The position numbers and the translations under genes were made by a program. From the NCBI GenBank assembly GCA_030390025.1, contig CM059425.1, forward strand, positions 167,960,001 through 168,024,000: DNA of 64,000 bases. Direction: 5' to 3'. Positions 24,636 to 37,500 of the stretch are shown here, one piece after another. This stretch comes from Squalus acanthias (lineage: Eukaryota). Under the pieces are notes generated by a model. That model was not told the origin of the DNA. It saw only the letters and a program-made list of their open reading frames with translations, and did not search any database. Numbering within the stretch: the stretch's first letter is position 1; the number at the start of each line of letters is the position of its first letter.

Positions 24636-25095
24636 AAAGAAGAACTTGCATTTATACAGCACCTTTTATGACCACCGGATGTCCCAAAGCGCTTTCCAGC
24701 CAATGAAGTACCTTTGAAGTGTAGTCACTGTTGTAATGTAGGAAATGTGGCAGCCAATTTGCACACAGCAAGCTCCCACAGACAGCAATGTGATAATAAC
24801 CAGATAATCTGTTTTTGTTATGTTAATTGAGGGATAAATATTGGCCAGGACACCAGGGATAACTCGCCTGCTCTTCTTCAAAATAATGCCATAGGATCTT
24901 TTACATCCACTTGAGAGAGCAGACGGGGCCTTGGTTTAACGTCGCATCCGAAAGATGGCACCTCCGACAGTGCAGCACTCCCTCAGCACTGCATTGGAAT
25001 GTCAGCCCAGATTTTTGTGCTCAAGTCTCTGGAGTGTGCCTTGAATCCACAACCTTATGAGGCGAGAGTGCTATCCACTGAGCCACAGCTGACAT
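24636..25095 (-). mobile_element. Full-length Deu-domain SINE
   Basis: The reverse complement has a tRNA-like head (tgtcagctgtggctcagtgg...ggattcaaggc), the Deu core and a 3' tail ending tataaatgcaagttc. Confidence 0.9.
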
Positions 25096-25667
25096 GGAAG
25101 AAAGCTGACAGCTGAGAGGGAAGAATGGATCAGCTAAAGATTACTCTGTACTATTCTGTAATTATTTAAAAATTCTGGCTGGCTCTGACCTCAGATGTGG
25201 GAAACTCTCATTGCCTGGAGATTCTGGTGCCTCTGTCATACCGAACATGGCTCTCAGGACCAGATAGCAGACAGACTGAATTAAAATAGCTCATCAGACT
25301 CCAGCTTTCCATTTGTGACTGGAGCCACATCCTGGGCCTTTCTGCCAAGATTCTAATAATTTACTCATTTAGGCACATGTGCGTTAGTTCGCAGATCCAA
25401 AGACTGTTGAGCAGTGATTCACGTTGGCTGATTCGGACTTCTAGAGCTGTGGAAAGATCTGATACCATCTAAGGAGCACAGCTGGAGCTGTTTGAACACG
25501 GCAATGATTAAATCACCTGTATTGTTATTAGCCCACCAGCTGCTCTTATCGGCACTGTTACAGGTTTCTTGGACTGTGCACGTTTCAACAAAAGCTCAGC
25601 ATCTTCTGTGCTAAACAGGCGCTTTAACTATCAACACCCCTTTTAACAATCAAATCAGAAAGTCTCC

Positions 25668-26030
25668 CCGTTGAGTTAGTGGATGAATGGTGTGCTATTG
25701 AGTCATACAGACCAGAAGGCCCAAGATTCAATCTCTAGTCTGTGTTGAGTGAACTGATCACAGACAGTTTGGAACTAGGGGTGCTATGATTGACCACAGT
25801 GGCCCAGGGCCTGTTCTTGATTGTTATCCGTGGCCAATGATGGAAAGTGTGCCTGTGTGGATATCGAGTGAGAAGAGGAACAGACTCGGCTGTGATGCCT
25901 CCAGTGTCAAATGGCTTCCTGACACTCACTATCAAGCCTTACTTGACAGAGGTATCAGAGGACTACCAGCACCAGTGACTCAATATTCCATCATGAGCCA
26001 GCACCTTGAGAAGAGGGCACAGAATTGGGG
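25668..26030 (+). mobile_element. Older SINE-like dispersed repeat (unclassified)
   Basis: Box A/B-like head. Body segments recur at about 8215-8255, 29000-29150 and 61695-61845. Confidence 0.5.
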
Positions 26031-26909
26031 AAAATACTAGACGTTACAAAGAATGATCATCTTTTGTGTTTTTTCTATTTCTGCAGATAACTTGTGTATT
26101 TTGTTGTGCTTTCTTCTACTCCTTTGAGTTCCTATTTCTATATCACCTTCAAAAGCTAGATTGGCAAAACTCGGAGCCTCGGAGGACACTAAGCAGCCCT
26201 AGATCTCTGTGATAGAGCCTGAATTGTTTATCTCCTTGACTGTAACATTCAAGTGCTGTCTGTGATCTAAATAGAATATGGCCTCATTGACTTAATTAGC
26301 AGGACCTTCTTGTGATGTAAAGAACTGAATGACTCAATGATGAAGACATTGAACCAATTAACAAAACCCCTATCGGCCCATTGAAGCTTATCCCATTAGT
26401 ATCCTAACTCTTCCAATATAGCATTCAACTGCATTTTAAATGAACTCACTGTTGTTGTCTCCGTTGCCCAACCCGACAGAATACGCTAAACTTCTGTTTA
26501 TAAATTTACTTTACATCAATTTAAATTCATACTATCTTCCCTGTTTTTCTTGTTTAATTTGAAGCATTATTCTGAATTTGCTGTATGCATACTATTTAAT
26601 ATCATCAATTAAATTCTCGCTGAACTATTTTCTTTCCATACTGTAGTGTTCAACCTTCCCCAAACGTTCCTCACAGCTTGCTCGCTTCACAGTTGAGGGT
26701 GTATTTTCTGATTGCGCTCTCCTGGCACAGAGCCATACCCCCCAGGAGCCCGTATTGGGAAATTCCACAAGTACTCCTCCTCACAATTTTCTGTCTAATG
26801 AATGGAAAATCAAGGGCTGTGTGCACACAATTTACCAACATGCACTCCTGGTGGGCAAGGCACCACATCAGGACCACACAATTAGAAAATCGGATGAGAT
26901 GTCACATCG

Positions 26910-27200
26910 TCGCCCCATCTGCCCTCTCAGGTGGCGTAAAAGATCCCATGGCACTATTTTGAAGAAGAGCAGGGGAGTTCTGGCCAATATTTATCTCTCA
27001 ACCAACATCACTAAAACAGATTATCTGGTCATTATCACATTGCTGTTTGTGGGAGCTTGCTGTGCGCAAATTGGCTGCCGCATTTCCTACATTACAACAG
27101 TGACTACACTTCAAAAGTACTTCATTGGCTGTAAAGAGCTTTAGGATGTCCTGAGGTCATGAAAGGAGCTATATAAATGCAAGTTTTTCTTTCTTTCTTT
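26910..27200 (+). mobile_element. Deu-domain SINE, 3' half
   Basis: gccccatctgccctctcaggtggcgtaaaagatcccatggcactatttt...atataaatgcaagtttttctttc. Confidence 0.88.
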
Positions 27201-28499
27201 GGGATTGTTCTTGTGGCATATTTCTGCACCCTTCCCAATGCATATGTGAAGCAGAATAACTGTTAAAGGGGCTGGGACTTGGGATCTGGAAAATGTTGGG
27301 TCCCAGCCTGTGCTGCCAGTATCCATGAGACTTTGTAAGAGGCCAAACCTCCATCTTACAAGGGCAACCATGTCATAGAGGACAGAGCCTACGCTGAGAG
27401 TTCGCACGCCTTCGGCCCCACAGGGACCCAGCATAACTGTGAGGCTGGTATGCTGAGTGAGAAGAGGCATAACAGCCTCTGGAAGAGCGGAAGTAGGCCC
27501 CACTGGGAGGTACGGTGTATATAGCAGAATTGACCCCAAAAACATACACAAGGTGATGTTTTGTATGTTTAATGCGGCCTCTTACAAAGAGAAGCCACTT
27601 GGAGCGAGCCTATCTGTTTCCAGTGGGCAGCCAGACCTAGCAGTCCGAACTCATCAGACCTGACAGCCAGAAGGGAAAAAATTGGGATGCTTGTCAAATA
27701 TCCAGTTTGTTATTGTCAAGATCCAGTATTGGCAACAGATTGTTGGGATACCTAGTCAGAAATACCCAACAAATGTAGTGCTTGCAATGGATTTGATAGA
27801 AAACAGCAGGAAACTACCTAAGGGGCTTTATTTTTTGTTTTCCTCTCTTTTTCCAGGAGATGATCTTCCCCCTGATCTGTAACCTTTATCTCCTTTCTCC
27901 ACCTGCAACCTCTTGATATGAGACTCTAAAGCTATGAGGGCGCTTGCACTGTGTGCTCTCAATTACTTCCGGTACCCCTGTTGCTGGTTGCTGGGAGGCA
28001 TCATGGACCATTATTCATCACTTTCATCTCCCATCTGATTTTCCCTGTCCCCTGCTGGAAGAGGCCACAGCTTCCATTTGGCACCTTACTGCTCAATGTA
28101 TCTCAGATCAGGTACTGAGCATTCTCAGCAGCATCTGCTTTTGGGACATTTTCCCCAGAACAGCATCAGATCAAAGACACTGAGATGAAACAGTCACTCT
28201 TAAGGCGGAGACCTCAGGCGTTGATGAAATGTATGTAACACATATTCGAAAGCACTGACTTTACAGCAAAATAAATATGCTATACAGTGAAATTCTGCTT
28301 ATTCTATAGTGAAAATGCCCATGTTGTATAGAGACAAATTACATAGCTGTAGCTTCCCCAAGGGCTTGTAAGTAAGTGCTCCCCATGGTGCGCTACAGAG
28401 GAAATCTGTTCTGAGTCAGATGATCTCAGCAATTGAGGAGCTCCAGCAGGCCACAATGTCCCTGGGCAAGGGAGGGGGGAAATCAGCCAGCCACAGTGA

Positions 28500-29000
28500 C
28501 CTGTGTTTGAAAGTGCCCAGGGGCAGACCTGGAAATCAGCTGTAGCCACAATGGTCCACAAACCAGGCAAAGATTCTAGTCTAGACCCAAGCAATGAACA
28601 GCCTATTGGCCTATTAATCTGCCTAAGAAAGCTGCTGGAGAGAGTCAAGGCACACCGCCTCCAAATTCACCTCGAGGACATTGACTTCTTCAACTCAAGC
28701 CTAGCACGGTTCAGGAGAGGAAAAGGTGCCAGTGACATCTTGCTTCGACCATCAGAGCACATCCTCTGAGCCTTTAACAAGAAAGAGAGCATAGTGGCGA
28801 TGTTCCTGGATGTGGAAAAGGCGTTTGACAAGTTTTGGTACAATGGACTGTGGTACACCATCTCGCCAGCTCAACAGCCCACTGAGCTGATTCAATGGAT
28901 CGAATTTCCAGGCAGAGGGCACAATTGTGTGAGAGTGAGCACAATAATCTCCACTGGGTTTTGCCCAATGGCAGGCGCTCCCCAGGGCTCGGATGTAAGA
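28500..29000 (+). mobile_element. Decayed Jockey/I-group non-LTR RT fragment
   Basis: WKSAVATMVHKPGKD...PIGLLICLRKLLERV...FRRGKG..D; AMFLDVEKAFDKFWYNGL; GAPQGS. Confidence 0.8.
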
Positions 29001-29329
29001 TGAGGACAGGATCAGGCTCCGCTATGATGCCCTCCATGCTTAAATAGCATACAAACAATCACCAACTAGACTCACACGTAAAGAATGGCCACTTAGCTGA
29101 GGTACTAAGGCCTGTGGAACTGTTACCGAGCAAGCATTATCGATTTCAGGTGAGAAGGAGGTACATTAGAAAAAATATATATAATTCTACTAGCACAGGA
29201 AACTAGAACTGTGCAAACACAGGAAACAACAGCTGTAATAACACAGGAAACAGTAAATGTACTAACAGAGGCTGAAACGTGTATACATGTGAAAAACATG
29301 TTATTGGAGTGACACCATGTGCGAGTTCT

Positions 29330-30158
29330 TTAGAAAAACAAATTTATTCCGTTGCAGGAGGTGCATAGAGATCCTTACCAGTCTCCCTGCCTGTATATCA
29401 CCTCACTCAATGTCGCCCACCACCTCGTCCTGGTGTGCCAGCTTTTTGTCCTGCTGCCTACTCACTCCTCTTTGGATTGCAAAGTTTTGCAGCACGCAGC
29501 AGACGACAATCATTGTGCAACCTTTGACTGGACTGTTGGGCAGATAATGCCTGAGCGATCCAAACAACGACAGTGTTGCTTCAGCATCCTCAGCACGCCA
29601 AAGAAATCTGAGTGGTGGCCTGAACCTGGATGTATCTAAGCCCTGCTGCTGTCTAGGGCTTTCAAATAGGGGCTCTCACCCATGGCTGCCAAGGGTAGCC
29701 CAACAACCACTTATTTATTCTCTCAGCACCATCATACAAGGCAAGCATCATGGATTGCCGTATGATCAGAGTATCAGTGCTGCTTTCCTGATGGTGGGCA
29801 TTAACCTGAAGGGTCGGGTTTCTGTGGTCTGAAACCACCTGCACATTTATGGGGTATGCATTCCAAAACTGAGCACACCGCCAGTCAGGCACGCAAGATT
29901 GGGGGCCCAACTTTCTGACCCATGGCCATTACCAGCGAGGCTCTGTTTTGCCTGCATATTTTACCAGCTTTAAGGAAAAACACAGGGGCTGAAAATCTGT
30001 GGCTTACGCCAGCATCAGTCCCGTCCAGCGCTGACCTCGCCAGACTCTGTAGGCTCAGTGGGAAGGCATGTTATTGCCATGAAACATGCCAAGTTCAAGC
30101 ACCACTTCGGGCTCAACTTTGGCACCTGCCTGCCCACAGCAGCTGCAAAATCCAGCAC
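29330..30158 (-). mobile_element. Harbinger DDE transposase (HARBI1-like) pseudogene fragment and right end
   Basis: Minus strand reads INVQVVSDH...VNAHHQESSTDTLIIRQS...WLLGYP, then FGVLRMLKQHCRCLDRSG and, after a frameshift, MIVVCCVLQNFAIQRG. A TIR-like aaaatccagc lies near 30146-30155. Confidence 0.85.
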
Positions 30159-30463
30159 CCATCTACCTTGGGGGGAAGGAGGGGCGGATGCGGCAGCTTC
30201 TTTTTTGACAGTGGAAACACAAGACACCATCTTTATACACATTCAGGGAGATAGCCCACACAAAATAAATGGTCACCATAGTTACAATGAAAGGAATTGA
30301 ATTTGTAGTTTGGTTGTTTCATTTATGAATTAAAATGATCTGCGTCTTCAAAGTGATAAGAAACCTGGATCACGTAGGTGTAAAACAATAATTTCATTTG
30401 GATTGTGAGCTCACAATTGTATGACACAGGCACAAATTTAACAAATTGTAAATGAGACTAAAG

Positions 30464-32186
30464 GCTGGGAAATTCCGATACGGCTGGAAAACGTCAACTT
30501 TGTGCTGTCTGCTAATTATCATGATTGTAGCACACAGCCTAGTGCTGAACATGCTGCTGACAGGCTGTGCGCTCAGCAGGAGGCTGAAGCTTTACTTAAA
30601 GCTAGCCTGCTCCTCTTAAAGGCAGTCTGCAGCTCTTAAAGGTGAGCTGCCTTCTGCTGATCAAAAATGCTAAAAGTGCTTCAGCACTAACATAATTGGC
30701 TCAACAGACCAGGGAAAGGGCACCAAGGGTCTTGGATGCAGCACTTGAGCTTTGTGCAGGAGGTCAACACTGGAAGAGAGGTCCTCTATCCACAAGAGGC
30801 CAGGAGGTGCTCCAGAAAGAAGGATGTGGGACCAGATCACCGAGGTGGTCACTGCCAGCAGTGTCACCCCCCCAGGACCTTGCTCCAGTGCCCAAAGCAG
30901 TTTCATGACCTCAGACGAGTGGTCAGGTTCAGTGAATGCATCTTCAAAAGCCATCTCCTACTAATTACACCACTAGCCTCACACACTGCTCAATGCACGA
31001 CCCCCCCCCCTCCGCCGCCCCCCTAATCACTCACCTACTAAACACGAGGCACATCTCACATTCCTAGCTTCACCTCACCCCCTTGGAGGAGACAGTGCTG
31101 GCCATTCTAGGCAGGGGCATGGCTGAGCCCTTGGCCAGCGGCGGGGCAGAAAGAATACAAGATGCTGGTATCCTCATACGTTATCCTCCTTCTCACATTC
31201 ACTTCCCCCTCATCCCACAATCTCTTCTGATACACAAGCTGCACATGGTGTAACTATGCACCTCTTGCTTTACCCCTCCCCTCGCCACAACCCTTCCTCA
31301 TTTCAGACACCCAAGAAATCCATCCTGCCCAGCCAATGGTTGACCAAGAAGAGGGAAAGGAGAGTGAAGAAGAAAAAACACCGTCACTCGATTTCACACT
31401 CCCAGCCACCAGCTCCTCAAGGTTGTCCTGCAAGTCCATCTGTAGGACAAATGTTGAAAGGGGAAATTGGGGTTATGGTCACTGGTACCGCAGGCGGATG
31501 ATACGATCCCGGCTATCCCGGCCAGAAAGGGGCTGTCTGGGTTGCCTTCTTCCTTATGCTTCCTCCTCTTCTGCTTTTTCCTCCTCTTCCTCCTCCCTCT
31601 GCGAACAGCTTGTCCCTTTGCTGCCTCTGCTGCATCTCCATGTGACGCTGCAGTCCGAGGAGGAGCCCCCAGGAATGGGAGCAAGTGGTGTTCTCAGAGG
31701 CCTTCCTTTAAGAGCCAAAGCCTTGCAAACGTCCAGAAGCACTCCTTGCAATCTCTGCACACTTTAACAACTTTTTCAATGTATTGCACCAAGCCACTAC
31801 TTCAATAAAATGTAAAGAAACCAGTACAAAAGCAAAAAGCTAAAGTTAGCTGAAAGTTGTGTGTGTCTCTTTAAGAAGCACTGGCAGTGGCTCAGTTGTA
31901 CTGCTGCTCCGTTCTTCCATGTGTGGTTTGGAGAAGGCGTTATTAAAAGCAGCGACGTCCAAAATCCCAGATTGTGTGTCAATTCAGGCGTTGCACGCCG
32001 ATTGACATCACGATCTGGATCATTTAAACATGAGAAGCGAGTGCAGGCAACGACAGCACAACCAACCTGCCCAAAAATGGCAGCCACAGCGGTTCTGCGC
32101 CAGAAGCGGGCAGAAATGAGGAAGCCGCCATTTTTTCTTCCAAACGGGCCTTAATGTCTGATGTTAACGGCTCCAATTTCCCGGCT
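30464..32186 (+). mobile_element. Harbinger deletion derivative: Myb/SANT remnant (+) and basic transposase N-terminal remnant (-)
   Basis: TIR gctgggaaatt / aatttcccggc. RERAPRVLDAALE...MWDQITEVVTA at 30696-30960 resembles ORF 8565. An Arg-rich segment runs on the minus strand at 31394-31684. Confidence 0.65.
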
Positions 32187-32525
32187 TAAATGTTTTCTTT
32201 GCTGACAGAATAGTGGAGTAGGTTCTCTGAAAAAGCAGTTAGTTCTGTGGCAAAAAGCAACTGGACAAATATACTTTTGAACTGGATTGAAGTCCATAAG
32301 GCAAAGGGTATTATGGCCATTGACATGTGTGGAATATGATGGTTCCTATTCATGGGCATGTCTCTCAGAAGATTGAGTGGTTTGCGTAGAGTTCATTAGA
32401 AGGCAAATTATATATGGTCAGTAGAAGGAACCGATTTGGTGGACTGAGCAGCTTTGCTCTGACGCCAAGCGCACCGCACCATACATATTAATCTATTGCA
32501 TTGGTAACAGTGTAGTGCGCACAAT

Positions 32526-33745
32526 GGCCCAGATTTTGCAGTGATAATGATGGTGAACTGTCAGCATTCGCCGTCATTAACCCTCTGAAACTGACCGTAA
32601 CTTCAGGATTTAGCGCATGCGCAAATAAACACAAGAATCCTGAAGTTGCGGTCAGTAATTCACTGCTCCAACACAGGCTGCGCTGTGGAACTCCCCAGAG
32701 CCAGCAATCAGTGAAATCAGCTGAACTGACGAAAACTTAGGCTTTTCCGATGTAATATCGCTGTTAAACACCCCATTAAAATTAAGCCTTTTTTGAAATA
32801 GGTATAACTGGGGTTTTAATGGTGTATTGACTGCTGAACAACCATTCTGGCCCTGAAAAACAAATCTTATTATTTGTGGAATGTCAAATTTCTCCACATG
32901 ATAGAAAATTACTAGATTTATAATAATAAAAAAATATTTTTTAGTCTTTTTAAAGTTTGTTTCTGATATTTTGGCTTCTATCTTAACTCCATGTGTATGT
33001 CCCAATCTTTATTTCGCTCTCTGTAAAATTATTAAAAAGTGAATTGACTCAGGGCTTTTTATTTCCTGGTTTTCTGTCTGTGAGAATTCTTCAATGTGAT
33101 TGGCTGCTTAGACAGCTTGAAGACATTACTAATACAATAGCAAAATACTGCGGATGCTGGAAATCTGAAATAACAACAGAAAATGCTGGAAGCACTCAGC
33201 AGGCCAGGCAGCATCCGTGGAGAGAGAAACAGAGTTAACGTTTCAGGCCTGGCTCAACGTAAGCTCGAGGAACAGCACCTCATCTTTCGATTAGGCACTT
33301 TACAACCCTCTGGATTCAACATTGAGTTCAACAATTTCAGACTATAACTCCTGCCCCCATTTTTCAGGATGATTATGATTCTGCCATCCCCATTTGTAAC
33401 ATTTAATCTCTCCTGCCTCCTACCCAGGCACAGAATGTTCCTTCGGTTCCTTCCTCCCCTCCCCTCCCCCTTTCCCTGCCTCTGCACCTGCTTAAAATCT
33501 GTTACATCTCTAGCCTTCTCCAGTTCTGATGAAGGGTCCCAGACCTGAACCCTGTTTCTCTCTCCACGGATGCTGCCTGGCCTGCTGAGTGCTTCCAGCA
33601 TTTTCTGTTGTTATTTGATGACATCACTGCTGCGCTATGCTAGGAGTTCCCTTTTGACAGCGCTACAATCAATTTAATGTTGAGAACCCTAAAGTTTTCG
33701 CCACAGAGAGCGCGAGATCTTTGTGGGCAGCTTTCTTCGAGGTCA
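32526..33745. mobile_element. Copy of the 21233-family TIR element (opposite orientation, distal end missing), split by a Penelope insertion
   Basis: aat|ggcccagattttgcagt start. Collinear with the reverse complement of 21233-21790 and 22545-22762. Confidence 0.8.
33131..33614 (+). mobile_element. 5'-truncated Penelope-like retroelement with an inverted terminal repeat
   Basis: QRKLEEQHLIFRLGTLQPSGFNIEFNNFRL* at about 33255-33347 resembles a GIY-YIG endonuclease C-terminus. Inverted arms of about 64 bp, a hammerhead remnant CTGATGA at 33526, and a 14-bp flanking duplication. Confidence 0.85.
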
Positions 33746-33903
33746 GCCCACTAATTTCTACCCACTAAAACAATTGCAGATGCTTCTGTATATACTAAAC
33801 AGGTGTCTTTGTACCAAAAAGACAGCAAGTACTCTTTAATCTCAGCCTCCATAACAATGACAATACAAATTAGAGGGCAAACGTGTCACCATAATTAACT
33901 TAC

Positions 33904-34068
33904 CTATGAACTGGTTGGCGTACGAGGCACTGAGACCAAACTGCCTTTCCAGATACTTTCCCAGAAAAGCAGCGAACCCACTGATAGCTGCGACCTCCAT
34001 GCAGGCGGACAGCACAACGCAGGTGAAGACCGGGTTCATCAACAGCTGTTTAGTTACTTGTGGAATTG
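33904..34068 (-). CDS. SLCO3A1: Internal coding exon (165 bp; exon 5 equivalent) of the SLCO3A1-like transporter
   Basis: (A)IPQVTKQLLMNPVFTCVVLSACMEVAAISGFAAFLGKYLERQFGLSASYANQFI(G), with the GFAAFLGKYLE motif typical of OATP3A1. Poly-T tract and cag acceptor at 34069-34070, GTAAGT donor at 33903-33902. Confidence 0.95.
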
Positions 34069-36121
34069 CTGAAAAAAAAATTGTTAATTAAGTACAAGAA
34101 ATAAAATGAGCAAAGTTTATTTTTGAAAAACATAGCTTCAAGCCCAGTTAAATTGCATTGTAAAACTGCGAGCAGCAGATGGCGCCAGAACACAAAGAAT
34201 TTCCATTGAGAGTCACGAGAGAATTTTTTGCTCTAATGCAAGAATCAGTTTCCCTTGTGATCATGAATTTCTACTGCGGTGGAAAGGAGAATAATTTACT
34301 GAGGCTCCATGAATTCTGTAAGAGGTGGCTTAAGGATCACTCTAACCTCACAGTGCTCACTAATTCAGCACTACCTCGGAAATAAAGCAAAAGTGCTTTG
34401 TGGCTAAAAATGTCACTAAGACAGCCAGAACTTTTCCAGAACATTCCTAGCACATTACTCATTCACTGTTTAAGGTCAAATACGCTTTTAATTTGATTGA
34501 TATTTGTGGAATAGTAGCATTCTTGAAATTTCAAAATCAAGACTTACCAGTAATGATAACAAGTCTAGCAAGTCCTGTCGCCATGTGATTACAATTCCTC
34601 TCTGCTGCTTAGAAATTACTTTATAAGCTTTATCATGGATATACCATGTTTATATTGGGTACTGTCACTAAAGTTTGTTTCAAGCTAAATATCACATTTA
34701 AAATTTGCAGTTGGGATTACTAACCTACCAATCTGCTTTAAGGGAAAGTCCCTGGGAATGGTGTCACACGGGAGCAGACACCATGTCCAGCACTCCATGT
34801 TACAAAGCATTAATGCTTCACCATGACAGTGTGCTGCTGGGTCATCCATCCCAATCACCTACAACCACAAAAATTAATGGCTGGTGTGTTCGAGAATCTT
34901 TCTCCAGAATGCCACTTGTAAATTAATACTTATCGCTTGCAACTGAAACGGCTGCAAACTGTGGGGTGCCTTTTCAGGGAATTCACTCCTGGCGAGAAGT
35001 CTTGTTGGATGGAGTGCAGGTCGGAGATTCAGGTGCAGAGAATCAGCATGCCCAATTTGTGGCACTCCCGATTTCCTTATGGCTTCGAAAGAGCTATACC
35101 AGCTGGCATCGGGTAAAATGCATTGCTGAGCCTTCCCATGGCCAGAAAAAAATGGCAGCCAACACTGCCAGAGGTGGCCATTTATGCTGGTGCTCTTGTG
35201 TTACACACTTCCAGAGGTGCCTGGGAGAGTCATCTATTCCTGTTGGTGTCTGTAACTTTGGAAGGAGCAGAACCTCCTCATTTACTTCATGGCACTGCAG
35301 TGGAAGTTGCCACGGGCCGTCAAGACTACTACAAAATCACTTCTGTAATATAAATGTGCCATCAAAGCCAGAAAAAAACAAAACAACCCGCCAGTTTGGA
35401 GGCAGCATCAGTGTTTATCTCTCCATTTATTCTATTTATCTGTGCTTTCTTGCTTTGTATGACAATTGGTGCCCTGTTGCTGTTTTTCCTCACAGGCCAA
35501 TTCTCTTTTGCACTAAAAATCTATCTTATTTCTTCTGGTTAATGTCTAGGTAACAAATTTGGATTCAGTAAAGTCTAAAGAAACAGGTGTATTCATAGTG
35601 AGTAATCTTAAAGAGACAGTTCATCAAGGTAAAGTGATCATCAAGTCCCTAAAGAGCGAGAAACTTTACCTCATTCATAAAGTGAAAAGAGCGAGATGTT
35701 GGTGCTATTGCATTGCTAATTGTGACTGTAGCTAAATGTTTATTTTATTATTGTTGCTTTAAAATCTAAGATAAAATGATTTGAAAAGTTTTACTCTGCA
35801 GCAGATCTAGCACCAGCTGCCGTGCTAATATTCCACTGTGACTGACACGGTGGCACAGCTGCTGCCTTGTTTCGGGTAGGCTGTTGCCAGGAGCTGACCC
35901 TGACCAAAGACTCAGCCACTCAAGCAATAATACACTTTAATCATTTCCCGCTCTGGATCCATTCTCTTATACAAATAGCACAGCTGAGAGAGAAATTGTG
36001 AAGATTTAAACAGGTCTGATCATTTATACATAAAGTACCACCCCTAAGGTACTAGAGGGGGAATATTAGGTGAACAACTCTCTTTTTCTTTTCCTGCCCT
36101 TGGCGTTTCTTATATCCGTAA

Positions 36122-36835
36122 TTTTTTTTTTATTCGTTCGTGGGATGTGGGCGTTGCTGGCAAGGACAGCATTTATTGCCCATCCCTAATCCCTAAAAGG
36201 TGGTGGTGAGCTTCCTTCTTGAATCACTCCAGTCCATGAGGTGAAGGTACTCCCACAGTGCTGTTAGGGAGGGAGTTCCAGCATTTTGACCCAGCGACGA
36301 TGAAGGAACAGCGATATATTTCCAAATCAAGATAGTGTGTGACTTGGAAGGGAACTTGCAGGTGATGGTGTTCCCATGCACCTTATCCTTCTAGGTGGTA
36401 GAGGTCGCGGGTTTGAGAGGTGCTGTCGAAGAAGCCTTGGCGAGTTGCTGCAGTACATCTTGTAGATGGTACACACTGCAGCCATGGTGCGCCAGTGGTG
36501 GAGGGAGTGAATGTTTAAGGTGGTGGATGGGGTGCCAATCAAGCAGGCTGCTTTGTCCTGGATGGTGTCGAGCTTCTTAAGTGTTGTTGGAGCTGCACTC
36601 ATCCAGGCAAGTGGAGAGTTTTTCATCACACTCCTGACTTGTGCCTTGTAGATGGTGGAAAGGCTTTGGGAAGTCAGGAGGTGAGACACTCGCCGCAGAA
36701 TACCCAGCCTCTGACCTGCTCTTGTAGCCACAGTATTTATGTGGCTGGTCCAGTTAAGTTTCTGGTCAATGGTGACCCCCAGGATGTTGATGGTGGGGGA
36801 TTCGGTGATGGTAATGCTGCTGAATGTCAAGGGGA
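36122..36835 (-). mobile_element. Non-LTR retrotransposon 3' fragment (CR1/L2/Jockey-group family distinct from the main CR1s)
   Basis: ILGVTIDQKLNWTSHINTV...LSTIYKAQVRSVM..SPLAW, with an A-rich tail. Confidence 0.88.
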
Positions 36836-37059
36836 CATCTCAATTATGATTCATTTGAGTTTTGTCAGAACGTGAGAAAATATTCAATATAGGAGATTTA
36901 AGGAGTATTTTGTTACTTTTTTAATTATTCACCACCTAGGTGTAATTATAATCTGATTTCTGATACCTGAATTCTTAGTACTGTTGAATACATTCTATTT
37001 TTTGTTGGGATGGATGCTACAACATCAAAATTACTTGAAATAATCGACATTTTGTTATA

Positions 37060-37500
37060 AACTTCAGCTCTTCCAAAACCCTGCTGCCCGCATCCTAACT
37101 TCCACCAAGTCCTGTACACCCGTCACCCCTGTCACGCCTCACCCCTCCCTAGCGTTGTAACCTCCTAGGGTCCTACATCTCTCCGAGAACTCTGCATTCC
37201 TCCAAGTTTTGCCTCTTGTGCCGCCCCCATTTCCTTCGCCTCACCATTGGAGGACGTGCCTTCGGCCGTCTACGTACTAAGCTCTAGGATTCCCCCCCTA
37301 AACTTCTCCGCCTCTCTAACTCTCTCTCCTCCTTTAAGACACTTCTTAAAACCAACCCATTGGCTAAACTTTTATTCACCCATCCTAATGTATCCTTCTT
37401 TGGCTCGGTGTCAATTCTTTTCTGATTATGCTCCTGTGAAGCGCCTTGAGATGTTTTGCTATGTTAAAGCCACTATATAAATGAAAGTCGTCGTTGCTAT
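37060..37500 (+). mobile_element. L2-type LINE 3' end
   Basis: Similar to 19630-19972 and 60850-61370. Ends ...tgtgaagcgccttgag...ctatataaatg. Confidence 0.78.

Noticed and set aside
34966..35553. 195-aa ORF
   Set aside because: No recognisable domain, no splice context and a composition typical of random intronic frames.
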